A stretch of DNA of 64,000 nucleotides, taken from the NCBI GenBank assembly GCA_964595675.1, contig CAZQRR010000002.1, positions 8,246-72,245 on the forward strand. Reading direction: 5' to 3'. The notes under the pieces were generated by a model. The model saw only the letters and a program-made list of their open reading frames with translations, was not told where the DNA came from and did no database searches. Source of the DNA: an uncultured Rubrivirga sp. (lineage in GTDB: Bacteria; Actinomycetota; Actinomycetes; S36-B12). Shown here one piece after another: positions 36,474 through 45,977 of the stretch. The translations under genes and the position numbers were made by a program. The number at the start of each line of letters is the position of its first letter. Position 1 is the first letter of the stretch.

Positions 36474-37258
36474 GCTGGACGGACCCGCTGAAGGTCCCGA
36501 CCGGGAATCGACGCGATCAATTGCTTCGTGTAGTCCTGCTGGGGGTTGTCGAAGACCTCGATCGTCGGACCACTCTCGACGAACACCCCGTCCTTCATCA
36601 CGTAAACCCGCTGAGTCAGGTACCTGATAACACCGAGATCGTGGGACACGAGGGCAATGGATAGACCGCCATCGAGCAACCCCTTGAAGAGATTCAGCAA
36701 TTGCGCTTGCGCACTTTGGTCGATAGCCGAGGTGGGTTCATCAGCCAGCAAGACTGCGGGTTGGGCAGATAGGGCACGGGCCACGCTGACCCGTTGCCGC
36801 TGCCCTCCAGACAACTGTCGAGGCTTCTTCTTCGCGTCCCGTTCACTGATGCCCATCGCCGCCAGGAGTTCGAGACTGCGAGCAACCGCGTCCGCTCGGG
36901 AGCCGACACCGTGAACACGCACCGCCTCAGAAACGGCGGACAGCGCGGTCATTCGAGGATTCAAGCTTCCGTACGGATCCTGAAACACCATCTGGACGAG
37001 TCGCCGCTTATCACCTCGGTAGGCCTTGCCGCGCTCGTAGATCGATTCGCCCCCGAAGAGCACTTCGCCTGAGTCAGGCCTTTGGAGACCCGCGAGAACG
37101 CGCGCCAACGTGGACTTTCCGCTGCCAGACTCCCCCACGATGCCAACGGCCTCGCCCTGGTTGATTTGCAATGAGACGCCTCGCACCGCGTGCACGGCAC
37201 GGGACCCGGAACCGAAAGACACGGACACATCACGTGCCTCGATCAACGCGTCACTCAC
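36470..37258 (-). CDS. ABC transporter ATP-binding protein (Opp/Dpp F-type)
   Basis: GESGSGKST, LSGGQRQR, LLADEPTSAID. Confidence 0.85.
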   Translation of the reverse strand: MSDALIEARDVSVSFGSGSRAVHAVRGVSLQINQGEAVGIVGESGSGKSTLARVLAGLQRPDSGEVLFGGESIYERGKAYRGDKRRLVQMVFQDPYGSLNPRMTALSAVSEAVRVHGVGSRADAVARSLELLAAMGISERDAKKKPRQLSGGQRQRVSVARALSAQPAVLLADEPTSAIDQSAQAQLLNLFKGLLDGGLSIALVSHDLGVIRYLTQRVYVMKDGVFVESGPTIEVFDNPQQDYTKQLIASIPGRDLQRVRPA

Positions 37259-38273
37259 TCGTGCCTCCCAGGAGTTCGGTGTGGAGGCAGGCGCTCCAGT
37301 GGGCAGGTTTGAGTTCGACGAGGGCAGGGTTCTGACCGAACGTGCAGTCCTCCTGCACGAATTCGCAGCGTTCCGCGAACCTGCAGCCAGGTGGCCACTC
37401 CCCGACAGCCGGTGGATTGCCCTTGATCGTCACTAGCGGTGCACCGGGAGTCGCGATGTCAATGCGCGAACGATTGAGCGCGATCGTGTAGGGATGCATC
37501 GGGGCTCGAGCCACGTCGGAGACGGATCCCACCTCCACGCATGTGCCAGCATGCATCACCACGAGTCGATCACACACCTCATCGATCAATGCGAGATCGT
37601 GTGACACCAACACCACGGACATCTTGAACTCGGAACGGATCTCCTGAAGCAGGTTCATTATTTCCGCCTGGACGGTCACGTCCAGTCCTGTCGTGGGCTC
37701 ATCGGCAACCACGATGTCGGGATCCTGCGCAATCGCTGCGGCGATCATCACCCGCTGGCGCATTCCACCGGACAATTGGAAGGGGTACTGGTCGTAGACC
37801 ACCTCCGGCCGGCGGATGTGCACTAGGTCGAGCAACTCCATCACCCGCTTGCGTACATCCTTTTCCTTGCGTTTCCGGTTCCGGCGCACAGCCTCGCCCA
37901 ATTGCTTACCCACGGTCATGACGGGATTGGGGCCGGTCAGCGCGCTTTGAGGTACGTATCCGATCCGGTTCCCGCGCACGGGACGCCATTGGCGCTCATC
38001 GAGCTTCGCGAGATCCATGCCGTCGAACATGACGGACCCAGCGAAGATGGATGCACTTCGCCGCTTCAAGGTTCCGATCAGACTCCGGCACACCATGGTC
38101 TTGCCGGATCCCGACTCACCCACCAAGCCGAGGATCTCGGCCCTACGGATATCAAAATTCGCGCTGTCAACGATGATGAGACGATCCTTACGCGTCCTTT
38201 GGATGCCGATGACGAGATCGCGGATAACCACCAACGAATCCGAGGTTTCAGCAGATGCTGGATTCACGCTCAT
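37251..38273 (-). CDS. ABC transporter ATP-binding protein (Opp/Dpp D-type)
   Basis: ATG 38273 overlaps the permease TGA (ATGA). [28 protein letters not shown]. The ORF-track start at 38420 is rejected. Confidence 0.85.
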   Translation of the reverse strand: MSVNPASAETSDSLVVIRDLVIGIQRTRKDRLIIVDSANFDIRRAEILGLVGESGSGKTMVCRSLIGTLKRRSASIFAGSVMFDGMDLAKLDERQWRPVRGNRIGYVPQSALTGPNPVMTVGKQLGEAVRRNRKRKEKDVRKRVMELLDLVHIRRPEVVYDQYPFQLSGGMRQRVMIAAAIAQDPDIVVADEPTTGLDVTVQAEIMNLLQEIRSEFKMSVVLVSHDLALIDEVCDRLVVMHAGTCVEVGSVSDVARAPMHPYTIALNRSRIDIATPGAPLVTIKGNPPAVGEWPPGCRFAERCEFVQEDCTFGQNPALVELKPAHWSACLHTELLGGTSE

Positions 38274-39157
38274 GACTTCACGTCCCGCTCGCGCCGCGTG
38301 AGGCCCTCCGCGATGAAGGACAACGACACGCCGGCCCAGCACAGTGCCAGACCCGGGAAGATAACTGGCCACCACGCTATCTGCAGGGTGGGACGCCCAT
38401 CGCTGATCATTGCGCCCCACTCCGGCGTCGGGGGCTGGGCACCGAGGCCCAAGAACGACAGCCCCGCGATGAGAAGGATCACGAGGATCAGATCGCTGAG
38501 TGCGTAGGCAGTCGTCTCCGAGGACACGTTCGGCACCAAGTGCTTCAGAAGGATTCGTCGCTTGGAGTAACCGAGGGTCTGTGTTGCTTCGATGTAGCCC
38601 TGCTGTTTAACAACGAGCGCGCGCGTTCGAGCGAGCCTGGCATAGCGAGCCCAGTTGGTCAGGGACAACGCAATGACCACGCTTTGCAGTCCGGGCCCCA
38701 GGAGCGCAATCAGCGCAATTGCGAGAACCAGGAGAGGGAAGGCATTGATTCCGTCGATAATCGATCCCACGATTCCGTTCAGGGCCTTACTGCGACTCAC
38801 AGCCAAGCCGATGCCGATGATCGTTCCAATCGCGAACGGAATCAAGACGCCGAGCAGAGCAACACCGAGGTCGAGGTAGACAGCCGAGAAGACTCTGACG
38901 AATACGTCGCGCCCCAGGCCGTCAGTGCCGAACCAGAAGGTTCCGGACGGTGGCAGGAAAGGAACGTCAACGGAATCAGCGACCGTGTACGGCGATAACC
39001 AAGGAACGAGGAGTCCCATGAGCAGCAACACGGCCAGCATGGCGAGACCAACGATGAGCCCCAGCGTTCCGTCCTTAAGGCGACGCGCACGCTTGGGGGT
39101 AGGCACTGTTCCTTCGACGTCGAACCAATCTGCGGTTCCGGCGTTGATCAAGGTCAT
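38270..39157 (-). CDS. ABC transporter permease (Opp/Dpp C-type)
   Basis: 295 aa, hydrophobic, with an N-terminal GTDGLGRDVF motif. Confidence 0.8.
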   Translation of the reverse strand: MTLINAGTADWFDVEGTVPTPKRARRLKDGTLGLIVGLAMLAVLLLMGLLVPWLSPYTVADSVDVPFLPPSGTFWFGTDGLGRDVFVRVFSAVYLDLGVALLGVLIPFAIGTIIGIGLAVSRSKALNGIVGSIIDGINAFPLLVLAIALIALLGPGLQSVVIALSLTNWARYARLARTRALVVKQQGYIEATQTLGYSKRRILLKHLVPNVSSETTAYALSDLILVILLIAGLSFLGLGAQPPTPEWGAMISDGRPTLQIAWWPVIFPGLALCWAGVSLSFIAEGLTRRERDVKS

Positions 39158-40170
39158 GTGAGCTTCACCCGCGGATCCAGCAGACTTGCGACGATGTCGC
39201 CGAGCAGACTCAAGAACACCACGAGAACACCGAACACGAGGATGATGCCCTGCACGACCGGGTAGTCGCGCAAAGTGACCGCGGTGACCAACTCCCGACC
39301 GATTCCCGGAAGCGCGAAGATGATTTCCAGGATGACCGTGGAGCCCACCATCACGCCCATCATGTAGCTCAGCAGAACTACAGTCGGAGCGAGAGACGGG
39401 CGGAGAACGTAAAACCAGTAGAAGCGAACCGATCTCACGCCACGGATGACTCCCGTCTCGACGAACTCCTCGTCGAGGGTGTCCAGGATTGAGCTATAGA
39501 GAACTCGGGAGAGCACCGGTACCAGCACAACGCAGTTCACTAATGAGGGCAACCACAGATACTTCATGTTCGCGGGAAAAGACGTCTCGTAGCCGAATAT
39601 CGGGGCGATACCCCAGACGAGTCCGAACTGGTAGAGCAGGAGGAGGGCTACGAGGAATGACGGCAAAGCAAGACCGATCGCCGTCAGGGTGCGGAAGGCG
39701 TATGGCAGTCCTGGGATCCTGGCGAGCGCGATGAACATCGCCAGTGGGATGGAGATGACCAAAGTCATCAAGACCGTGGTCATGATGAGCCACAAGGTCA
39801 CTGGCAGGTTGGTGCGCAGCATCTCCGTTACCGGTATGCCAGAGATAAGGGAGGCTCCTAGGTCACCTCGAAATAGGCCAGTGAAGTAGTTCCAGAACTG
39901 GGTCAGGGGATCCACGTTCAGGCCGAGCCGTTCGCGCAGTGCCTCGACCGCCTCCGGGGTCGCATCCGCCCCTAGTGCAGCCGTGACCGGATCACCCGGT
40001 GATAGTCGAATGAGCAGGAAGGCCACGACCATGACCCAGAAAGCGACGATCACCGCGCGACCGATCCGTCGAAGGACCTTCTCCCACGCCGGTTGCTGCC
40101 GCGGCCCCTCAAACTCAGGTGAGGTCGCCGGGATCGCATCCGTCTGCAAGTCCCCATTGGGGGAATTCAC
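39154..40170 (-). CDS. ABC transporter permease (Opp/Dpp B-type)
   Basis: 338 aa, hydrophobic, ending ...LLDPRVKLT. Confidence 0.8.
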   Translation of the reverse strand: MNSPNGDLQTDAIPATSPEFEGPRQQPAWEKVLRRIGRAVIVAFWVMVVAFLLIRLSPGDPVTAALGADATPEAVEALRERLGLNVDPLTQFWNYFTGLFRGDLGASLISGIPVTEMLRTNLPVTLWLIMTTVLMTLVISIPLAMFIALARIPGLPYAFRTLTAIGLALPSFLVALLLLYQFGLVWGIAPIFGYETSFPANMKYLWLPSLVNCVVLVPVLSRVLYSSILDTLDEEFVETGVIRGVRSVRFYWFYVLRPSLAPTVVLLSYMMGVMVGSTVILEIIFALPGIGRELVTAVTLRDYPVVQGIILVFGVLVVFLSLLGDIVASLLDPRVKLT

Positions 40171-40219
40171 TCTTTACCCTCCCTTGTCCACCGATATCAC
40201 CGAAAGCCTCGCCTCGATC

Positions 40220-40304
40220 CCGAGTTCACTCGGGAAGTGCCGATCACTTGGCCCACCCAAAGGTGGGCCGACCGGTCGTTCCCCGGTCGGCCCACCCCGC
40301 GGGG
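40220..40304 (-). other. Cluster of overlapping GC-rich hairpins in the SBP-permease gap
   Basis: CCGAG-N4-CTCGG at 40220-40233. GGCCCACC (40250-57) pairs with GGTGGGCC (40262-69). GGGCCGACCGG (40265-75) pairs with CCGGTCGGCCC (40283-93). A second GGCCCACC lies at 40289-96 and CCCCGCGGGG at 40295-40304. The stems share bases and so are mutually exclusive. Confidence 0.55.
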
Positions 40305-40318
40305 GTCAGCCCTTGGAT

Positions 40319-41926
40319 CTACCGCTGCTTGGCTCCGGTGTTGAAGCCGGCAGGACCCTTCTGGGTACTGAGCAACGGGTTGGTTGCCACATACAGCCAC
40401 TCACCCGGGATGGTTGCGCTCATCAGACCCTGCGGAAGGCGAGTACCGCTGATCACTGCGCGGTCCGCAATCGGGATGTGCACCGAGCTGTTGTAGGCGG
40501 CAACGTTCGCCCTCCGCAACGCGGCCCTCGCCGATGCCGGATTCGCAGCTGACCCGAGGGTTTCGATCGCGGCCACGAGCGGCGGATCGTTCACCTTGGA
40601 CCAGTTCTGCCACGCTCCACCCTGGCCGAACCAGTTGGCAAGCTGCAGATACGGCGTCGGAGCGTTATTGCCCGAGAACTGCATCTCGTAGTTGCCAGAG
40701 TTCAGATCGGCAATGGCCACCGTGTCCTGCTTGGCAGTGATCTTGGCGTTGATGCCCACCTTTGCCAGATCCTGTGCGATCAACTGTGCAGCCTCAACCC
40801 AGCCCGGACGGGCCCACACGATGAGTTCGAAATTGAACCCATTCGGGTTGCCGGCCTCGCCCAGCAGTTTGCGTGCTAGAGCCAGATCCTGCTTCCCATC
40901 GTTGGGCAACACGCACTGGTGGTAGGGGTTGCCCTTGATGAACGTCTGGGAACACGAGGGAAGGACCGTCCCGAAGAAAGCAACCTTGGCAACCTTCTGG
41001 CGATCAATCGCCGCCGAGATGGCCTGACGGTTCTTCTGGTTGAGCAGCGGAGATCCTTCCTTGGCCATGTTCGTGGTCAACTGATACGTACCCGGAAGGG
41101 CATGTGCCCACCACTTAACCGTGTTCTTGTCCAAGTCCTGCACACCCTGGTACGCGAGGTCAAAGACGTAGTCCACCTGGCCGGACTGCAGTGCGAGCTT
41201 GCGAGTCGCTGCGTCCGGGATCGCTACGTAGGTGATCTGCGTCATGCGAGGCTTCGCCCAGTAGTTCGGGTTGGGAATCTGGACCATGACATCCGCACCT
41301 GGGGTCCATGACTGGATCATCATCGGGCCGGCACTGACCGGATTTCGCCAGTAGTTCGGATCCTTGAGTTTCTCAGTCGGGTTCAGGTACATCGACTGGT
41401 TGGCCATCAGCCAGTTGAAGTCGGGCATCGGCGTCTTCAAGGTCCAGGTGACGGTCGTGGGGCTCGTGGCAACGACGTTAGCGACCTTTGCGAAGAACGA
41501 TGTTGACTGCCGAGCTTCCACTTGCTTTTGCCAGGCCGTGACGACGTCCTGGGCTACCAGCGGCGTTCCGTCGGAATACCTTAGACCCGACTTGAGCGTC
41601 TGGAAGACGGACAGGCCGTCCTTGGAGACGTCCTGCTTCGCCAACAAGTCCATGCGGGGAATCAGGTTCTCGTCGAATCTCCATAACAGACCCTGTATTG
41701 GGTATGCGACCTGATAATCGGTCACTGCGCGAGGCTTCGTCGGGTCCAAGTTCGCGATCTTGGACACCGTCGCCATGGTGACCGCCTGGCATTGAGATTT
41801 GCTGAGAGCGGTCTTGATATTGCAGTTCGGTCCCGTCGCGGCGGTTGCGGCCGTCGAGGGGAGAACGGCCGCAACGAGTGCCGTGATGGCACCTGCAACA
41901 GCGACCTTAAGGAGCCGATTTCTCAT
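40319..41926 (-). CDS. ABC transporter substrate-binding protein, family 5
   Basis: ATG 41926 gives the signal peptide MRNRLLKVAVAGAITALVAAVLPSTAATA, which has no lipobox Cys. The body is family-5 SBP. The ORF-track start at 41977 is rejected. Confidence 0.85.
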   Translation of the reverse strand: MRNRLLKVAVAGAITALVAAVLPSTAATAATGPNCNIKTALSKSQCQAVTMATVSKIANLDPTKPRAVTDYQVAYPIQGLLWRFDENLIPRMDLLAKQDVSKDGLSVFQTLKSGLRYSDGTPLVAQDVVTAWQKQVEARQSTSFFAKVANVVATSPTTVTWTLKTPMPDFNWLMANQSMYLNPTEKLKDPNYWRNPVSAGPMMIQSWTPGADVMVQIPNPNYWAKPRMTQITYVAIPDAATRKLALQSGQVDYVFDLAYQGVQDLDKNTVKWWAHALPGTYQLTTNMAKEGSPLLNQKNRQAISAAIDRQKVAKVAFFGTVLPSCSQTFIKGNPYHQCVLPNDGKQDLALARKLLGEAGNPNGFNFELIVWARPGWVEAAQLIAQDLAKVGINAKITAKQDTVAIADLNSGNYEMQFSGNNAPTPYLQLANWFGQGGAWQNWSKVNDPPLVAAIETLGSAANPASARAALRRANVAAYNSSVHIPIADRAVISGTRLPQGLMSATIPGEWLYVATNPLLSTQKGPAGFNTGAKQR

Positions 41927-41955
41927 GCGGTTCGCCTTTCGTTTACTTCGTGGTA

Positions 41956-41986
41956 GTTGACACGCATTCGGAGTCAACTGTCAACA
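41956..41986. promoter_or_regulatory. Operator-like cluster: GTTGACA ... GTCAAC-TGTCAACA
   Basis: GTTGACA (41956-62) and TGTCAAC (41979-85) are inverted. GTCAAC (41973-78) abuts the latter. A further TTGTCAAGG lies at 41995-42003. The cluster is 30-60 nt upstream of the SBP start at 41926. Confidence 0.5.
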
Positions 41987-42038
41987 ATCTGCCTTGTCAA
42001 GGAGTTTGCCGAGATTCCCCATGGGCGGACCTGGTAGG

Positions 42039-43022
42039 TCAATGGGGCAACCGGTCCACCCGGTATAGCGGCTCGAGGCCTTCTGCGAGGCGGTCGAGAT
42101 TGATGGCCGATCCTTCGGCACGACGCCTAGCCGTCCCGTCCGTCACCCCGGCGGTGTGTGGGGTCACGATGATTCCGGGGGTATTGAGCAAGGCTGAGGT
42201 GTTGCTCGGTGGCTCCTCGGTGGCCACATCCGTTCCTGCTCCTGCGATCCGGCCATCGCGGACTGCCTCAATCATCGCGTCCTCGTCGACGAGGGCGCCT
42301 CGAGCGACATTGACGATGATGGCCGTCGGCTTCATCAGGGCGATACGCCGGGCATCGAGGATGTGACGGGTCTCCGGGGTAACGTGCAGGTGCAAGGAGA
42401 TCACATCGGCTTGCGGGATCAGTTCATCGAGCTGGGCTGCGGGGAAGACCGCGTCGGCACCCCACGCCTCTCGGGTAGCGTCGTCGACATCGAGGACGTC
42501 GGTAGCCAGTACTCGCATTCCGAATCCCTTGGCTCGCCTGGACAATTCCCTTGCACTCGCACCAAAGCCGATGCACAGCAGGGTCTGTCCGGCGAGTTCG
42601 AATCCGAGCGGGTGGTACATCAGTCCATTCGCCAGGTTGACCAATTGTTGGGGGTAATCGCGCCGCACCAGCATCATGAGCAAGATCGCGTGCTCAGCCA
42701 GTGGGATAGCACTCATCGGTCCAGGACAGTTGGAGATCATCACCTGGCGCGTCGACCAGTATTCGAAGTCGAAGTGCTCCATTCCCGTACCCATGATCTG
42801 CCAGAATCTCACCTTGGGGGCGGCATCCAGCATTTCTCGTGTCCCCCACGACCCACCTAGGTCCACTACGGCGTCCACATCGGCGAATTGCGGTGCCAAT
42901 TCCTTCGTGTCGTCGTAGATGGTCAGATTGTGGCGGGGTCCGATCGCGACGATCACCTCTCGCTCCCATGCCGGGTCGGCACCCTTGCCAGGCAGGTAGA
43001 TGACATTGAGACGATTTCCCAT
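42039..43022 (-). CDS. D-isomer-specific 2-hydroxyacid dehydrogenase family protein
   Basis: 327 aa with IGFGASARELSRRA, NVARGALVDE and VTPHTAG. Confidence 0.8.
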   Translation of the reverse strand: MGNRLNVIYLPGKGADPAWEREVIVAIGPRHNLTIYDDTKELAPQFADVDAVVDLGGSWGTREMLDAAPKVRFWQIMGTGMEHFDFEYWSTRQVMISNCPGPMSAIPLAEHAILLMMLVRRDYPQQLVNLANGLMYHPLGFELAGQTLLCIGFGASARELSRRAKGFGMRVLATDVLDVDDATREAWGADAVFPAAQLDELIPQADVISLHLHVTPETRHILDARRIALMKPTAIIVNVARGALVDEDAMIEAVRDGRIAGAGTDVATEEPPSNTSALLNTPGIIVTPHTAGVTDGTARRRAEGSAINLDRLAEGLEPLYRVDRLPH

Positions 43023-43051
43023 GAAATGCTCGCTCCTTCGTATGCGCTCAT

Positions 43052-43083
43052 CTAGGATTGCAGATTGTCAACAGAATCCTAGT
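43052..43083. promoter_or_regulatory. Nested palindrome CTAGGATT-N16-AATCCTAG enclosing ATTGTCAACAG
   Basis: The 8-bp arms lie at 43052-43059 and 43076-43083. The TGTCAAC-family core is at 43064-43074. It sits in the 98-bp divergent gap between the dehydrogenase (-) and the aldolase (+). Confidence 0.5.
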
Positions 43084-43120
43084 CACGAACGTCGCGGCTG
43101 GTCGGCCCTTTGGAGGAATC

Positions 43121-43912
43121 GTGTTGCGAGCACTGGACAAGGCGAAGCGACTCAAGGACCGGATGTACGCAGGTGAGCCCGTGCTGGGCACCCAACTCGC
43201 CCTCCAGGACCCGGCTTCCATGGAGATCTTCGGTCGTGCGGGTTTCGACTGGGCCTCCGTCGACACCGAACACTCCGCCCAGAGCCTCATCACAGTGCAA
43301 GCGATGATGCAGGCGGCACTCGGCTGGGATGTCGTTCCCTTCGTCCGTCCGCTGATCTTCGATCACGACGAGATCCGCCGCTTCCTCGATATCGGAGCAA
43401 GCGGATTGCTCTGCCCGTTCATCGAGACCGCAGAGGACGCCAAACGGCTCGTCGATGCGTGCCGCTACCCACCCCGGGGCACGCGTGGCTGGAATCCGCT
43501 GCGCGCGAGCGCGTACCACCTTTCCGATGACGACTACATGGCCGCCTACGAGGATTCCTTGATCGTGCTAGTCATCATTGAATCCAAGAAGGGCGCCGAG
43601 AACGCGGAAGAGATCCTCGCTGTGGATGGCATCGACGGAGTGACCGTCGGTCCCATGGACCTTTCTATGGATCTCGGCGTCTTCAAACAGTGGGACGACC
43701 CGAGCTACATCAAAGCCGTCGAGCAGATCCGAGCCGGTGCATTAGCCACCGGCAAGGCGCACGGTTCCGGGGTGTACGACGAGGAGAGTGCCAAGCGCGC
43801 TATAGCCAACAAGGAGACGATCCTGCTCACATTGAGCGACACCGGCGTCCTCGGTTCGGGCGCGACGAAACTCGGAATGGATCTGCGCTCGGCGATTGCG
43901 GCTACCCGATGA
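43121..43912 (+). CDS. HpcH/HpaI-family aldolase
   Basis: GTG 43121 behind GGAGGA. GFDWASVDTEHS...PFVRP...GLLCPFI...IESKKG...GVTVGPMDL. The ORF-track start at 43058 is rejected. Confidence 0.8.
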   Translation: MLRALDKAKRLKDRMYAGEPVLGTQLALQDPASMEIFGRAGFDWASVDTEHSAQSLITVQAMMQAALGWDVVPFVRPLIFDHDEIRRFLDIGASGLLCPFIETAEDAKRLVDACRYPPRGTRGWNPLRASAYHLSDDDYMAAYEDSLIVLVIIESKKGAENAEEILAVDGIDGVTVGPMDLSMDLGVFKQWDDPSYIKAVEQIRAGALATGKAHGSGVYDEESAKRAIANKETILLTLSDTGVLGSGATKLGMDLRSAIAATR

Positions 43913-44844
43913 GCCGAGAGCGCGTCCTGGTCATGGACTATGCATGGCCCGATCTTGCACTCGAGACGCAGATCCTCGACGAGGCAGGATTCGATCTGAT
44001 ATCGGTCGTCGATGACGGCCGTCCGGCGATCGATCTCGTAGCAGACTGTTCAGCGATCATGACGTGCTGGGCCCAGGTCCCTGCCGAACTCCTACGAGCA
44101 GGGCGCAACCTTCGGACAGTCGCGAGATTCGGTGTGGGTACGGACAACATCGATGTAGTTGAGGCTCGTCGACTCGGTCTGGAGGTCACATACGTCCCGG
44201 ACTACTGCATGGAGGAAGTCTCGGACCACGCCGTCGGCTTGGTCCTGGGATGGTTTCGCGGAATCGTTCCGCTGGATCGGATGATCCGAGCCGGGGCTTG
44301 GGACCCATCCGCAGCGAAACTCCGTCGAATGTCCTCGCTGACCATCGGAGTGTGGGGCTACGGACGCATCGGGCGCCGAACTGCGGAGAAGTTCGCCGCC
44401 CTCGGCTGCCGGGTAGTCGCCCATGATCCGTTCGCTCCGGCCGGCCCACCGGCCGAACTCATGGAACTCGATCGGCTCCTGGGCGAATCGGACGTGGTCA
44501 CGCTCCACATGCCCGCATCGCCTGTTGATCCGTTGGTCACCGAATCGGTCCTGAAGCAGATGAAGCCCGATGCGCTGCTCGTGAACACCGCCCGGGGCAC
44601 GTTGGTAGACAATGATGCACTCATCGCAGCGCTTGCACGCGGCGACATTGCTGGCGCTGCGCTCGACGTGGTCGCGGGCGAACCCGACATACCGGCAGCA
44701 CTGGTAAACGATCTCAACACGATCCTCACTCCGCATGTTGCTTTCTCATCACGTGAATCCGTGATTGAACTGCGCACGCGAACTGCCGAAGATGTGGTCC
44801 GGGTCCTTCGCGGTGACCAAGCACGCAACCCCTTCCCTGGGTGA
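43909..44844 (+). CDS. D-isomer-specific 2-hydroxyacid dehydrogenase family protein (CtBP/PGDH-like)
   Basis: ATG 43909 overlaps the upstream TGA (ATGA). GVWGYGRIGRRTAEK, NTARGTLVDN, LTPHVAF. The ORF-track start at 43690 is rejected. Confidence 0.8.
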   Translation: MSRERVLVMDYAWPDLALETQILDEAGFDLISVVDDGRPAIDLVADCSAIMTCWAQVPAELLRAGRNLRTVARFGVGTDNIDVVEARRLGLEVTYVPDYCMEEVSDHAVGLVLGWFRGIVPLDRMIRAGAWDPSAAKLRRMSSLTIGVWGYGRIGRRTAEKFAALGCRVVAHDPFAPAGPPAELMELDRLLGESDVVTLHMPASPVDPLVTESVLKQMKPDALLVNTARGTLVDNDALIAALARGDIAGAALDVVAGEPDIPAALVNDLNTILTPHVAFSSRESVIELRTRTAEDVVRVLRGDQARNPFPG

Positions 44845-44900
44845 GGCATCCAGCAAGAAGCCGAACTGCCCTCAAAAATCTTGACGCGCAAGCACAAGGG

Positions 44901-45977
44901 TCATAACCGGGGGTTTACCTCGAGACCTCCGCGTTCGGACGACTCGTACGCAGCCTTGATGACTTGCGCAACTTGCAACGCATCTGCGGCCGTGACTCCA
45001 GCGGCGGGCGCACCTCTCATCGAAGCAACCCACTCCTGGGCCTCGCGCTCAAAGAACGTCAAGTTGCCGATTTGGGGAAGTTCCGAATACGGAGATGGAC
45101 GTCCGACGAAGGGCACGGCGAAGGCCCCTTCGCTCCAACGTGTCCATTGACCGGGCGTGTGAGCGTCATCCGATGATTCACAGACATCGATCAGGCCTGG
45201 TAGCACCCCGAATCGGAGCAGCCCGGCTTCGCCGTAGAGCGTCAACAGTGAGGTTTCGTAGAAGCTCATGCGGTCATACACGGTGAAGGTGAAGCTCACA
45301 AGCTTGTCAGGGTAGATCAACGTGAGGGCGGCGACGTCCTCCTGGGACCGCTCATCAGACCAACGAGGAAGCTTGGCGATAGTCGCGCGCACACCTTGAG
45401 GAAACCCGAGAAGTTCGACGAGCAGGTGGATCTGATGACAGCCGATGACCCACAGGCCTCCACCCATGTCGGCCGGGTTGTTGAGGTGCTGCGACAGTTG
45501 TTCGCCAGTGATGCTCGCCCCGTGCACGTGGGCCATGCTGATGCGTCCGATGGCGCCCTCGGCCAATTTGCTCTTCGCCCGCGCGAATGCCTCGCCGTAG
45601 TGGAAGTTGTACCCCACTCGGATCGGTCGGTTGGGATGCTGCTCCTCCGAGGCCGCGAGCTCCTTCAGATCGGATAGATCCGCCCCACCCGGCTTCTCGA
45701 CCAGGACGGCCTTGCCTGCCCCGTGAGCCAGAACTCCGAGCCGGGCCATGTCGACGCTTCCTGAGTGCACCAGGACTCCATCGATCGAGTCATCCGCCAG
45801 TACGTCGTCCAGGGACACGGAACGTGCGCCGACCTCGGAGGTGAAGGAGGCCAAGGTCGCTGGATCCGGGTCCCACGCACCGACGATCTCCACTCCCTAG
45901 AGTTGCTCGAAGACCCAATAGCGGCCCGAGGAGTGGGGGTGGGAGATGCCGAGGAAAGCGACGCTGACGGGGTCCAT
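44901..45977 (-). pseudogene. Gfo/Idh/MocA-family oxidoreductase interrupted by an in-frame TAG at codon 27
   Basis: ATG 45977 behind GGAGGAG encodes MDPVSVAFLGISHPHSSGRYWVFEQL. TAG follows at 45897-45899, then GVEIVGAWDPD... continues in the same frame into the 330-aa ORF (...VLVEKPGG). The Rossmann beta-alpha-beta lies upstream of the stop. Confidence 0.7.

Noticed and set aside
44845-44900. Possible bidirectional terminator between the convergent dehydrogenase and Gfo/Idh/MocA genes
   Set aside because: Only short interrupted complementarity is present (CCCT...CTTG-ACGCG-CAAG...AGGG), with no U/A tracts. This is not convincing.
45897-45899. TAG as a programmed recoding (pyrrolysine or read-through) signal
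   Set aside because: No pyl genes or recoding context are visible. An ordinary nonsense mutation or a base-call error is more parsimonious. It is kept only as a minor alternative in the finding.
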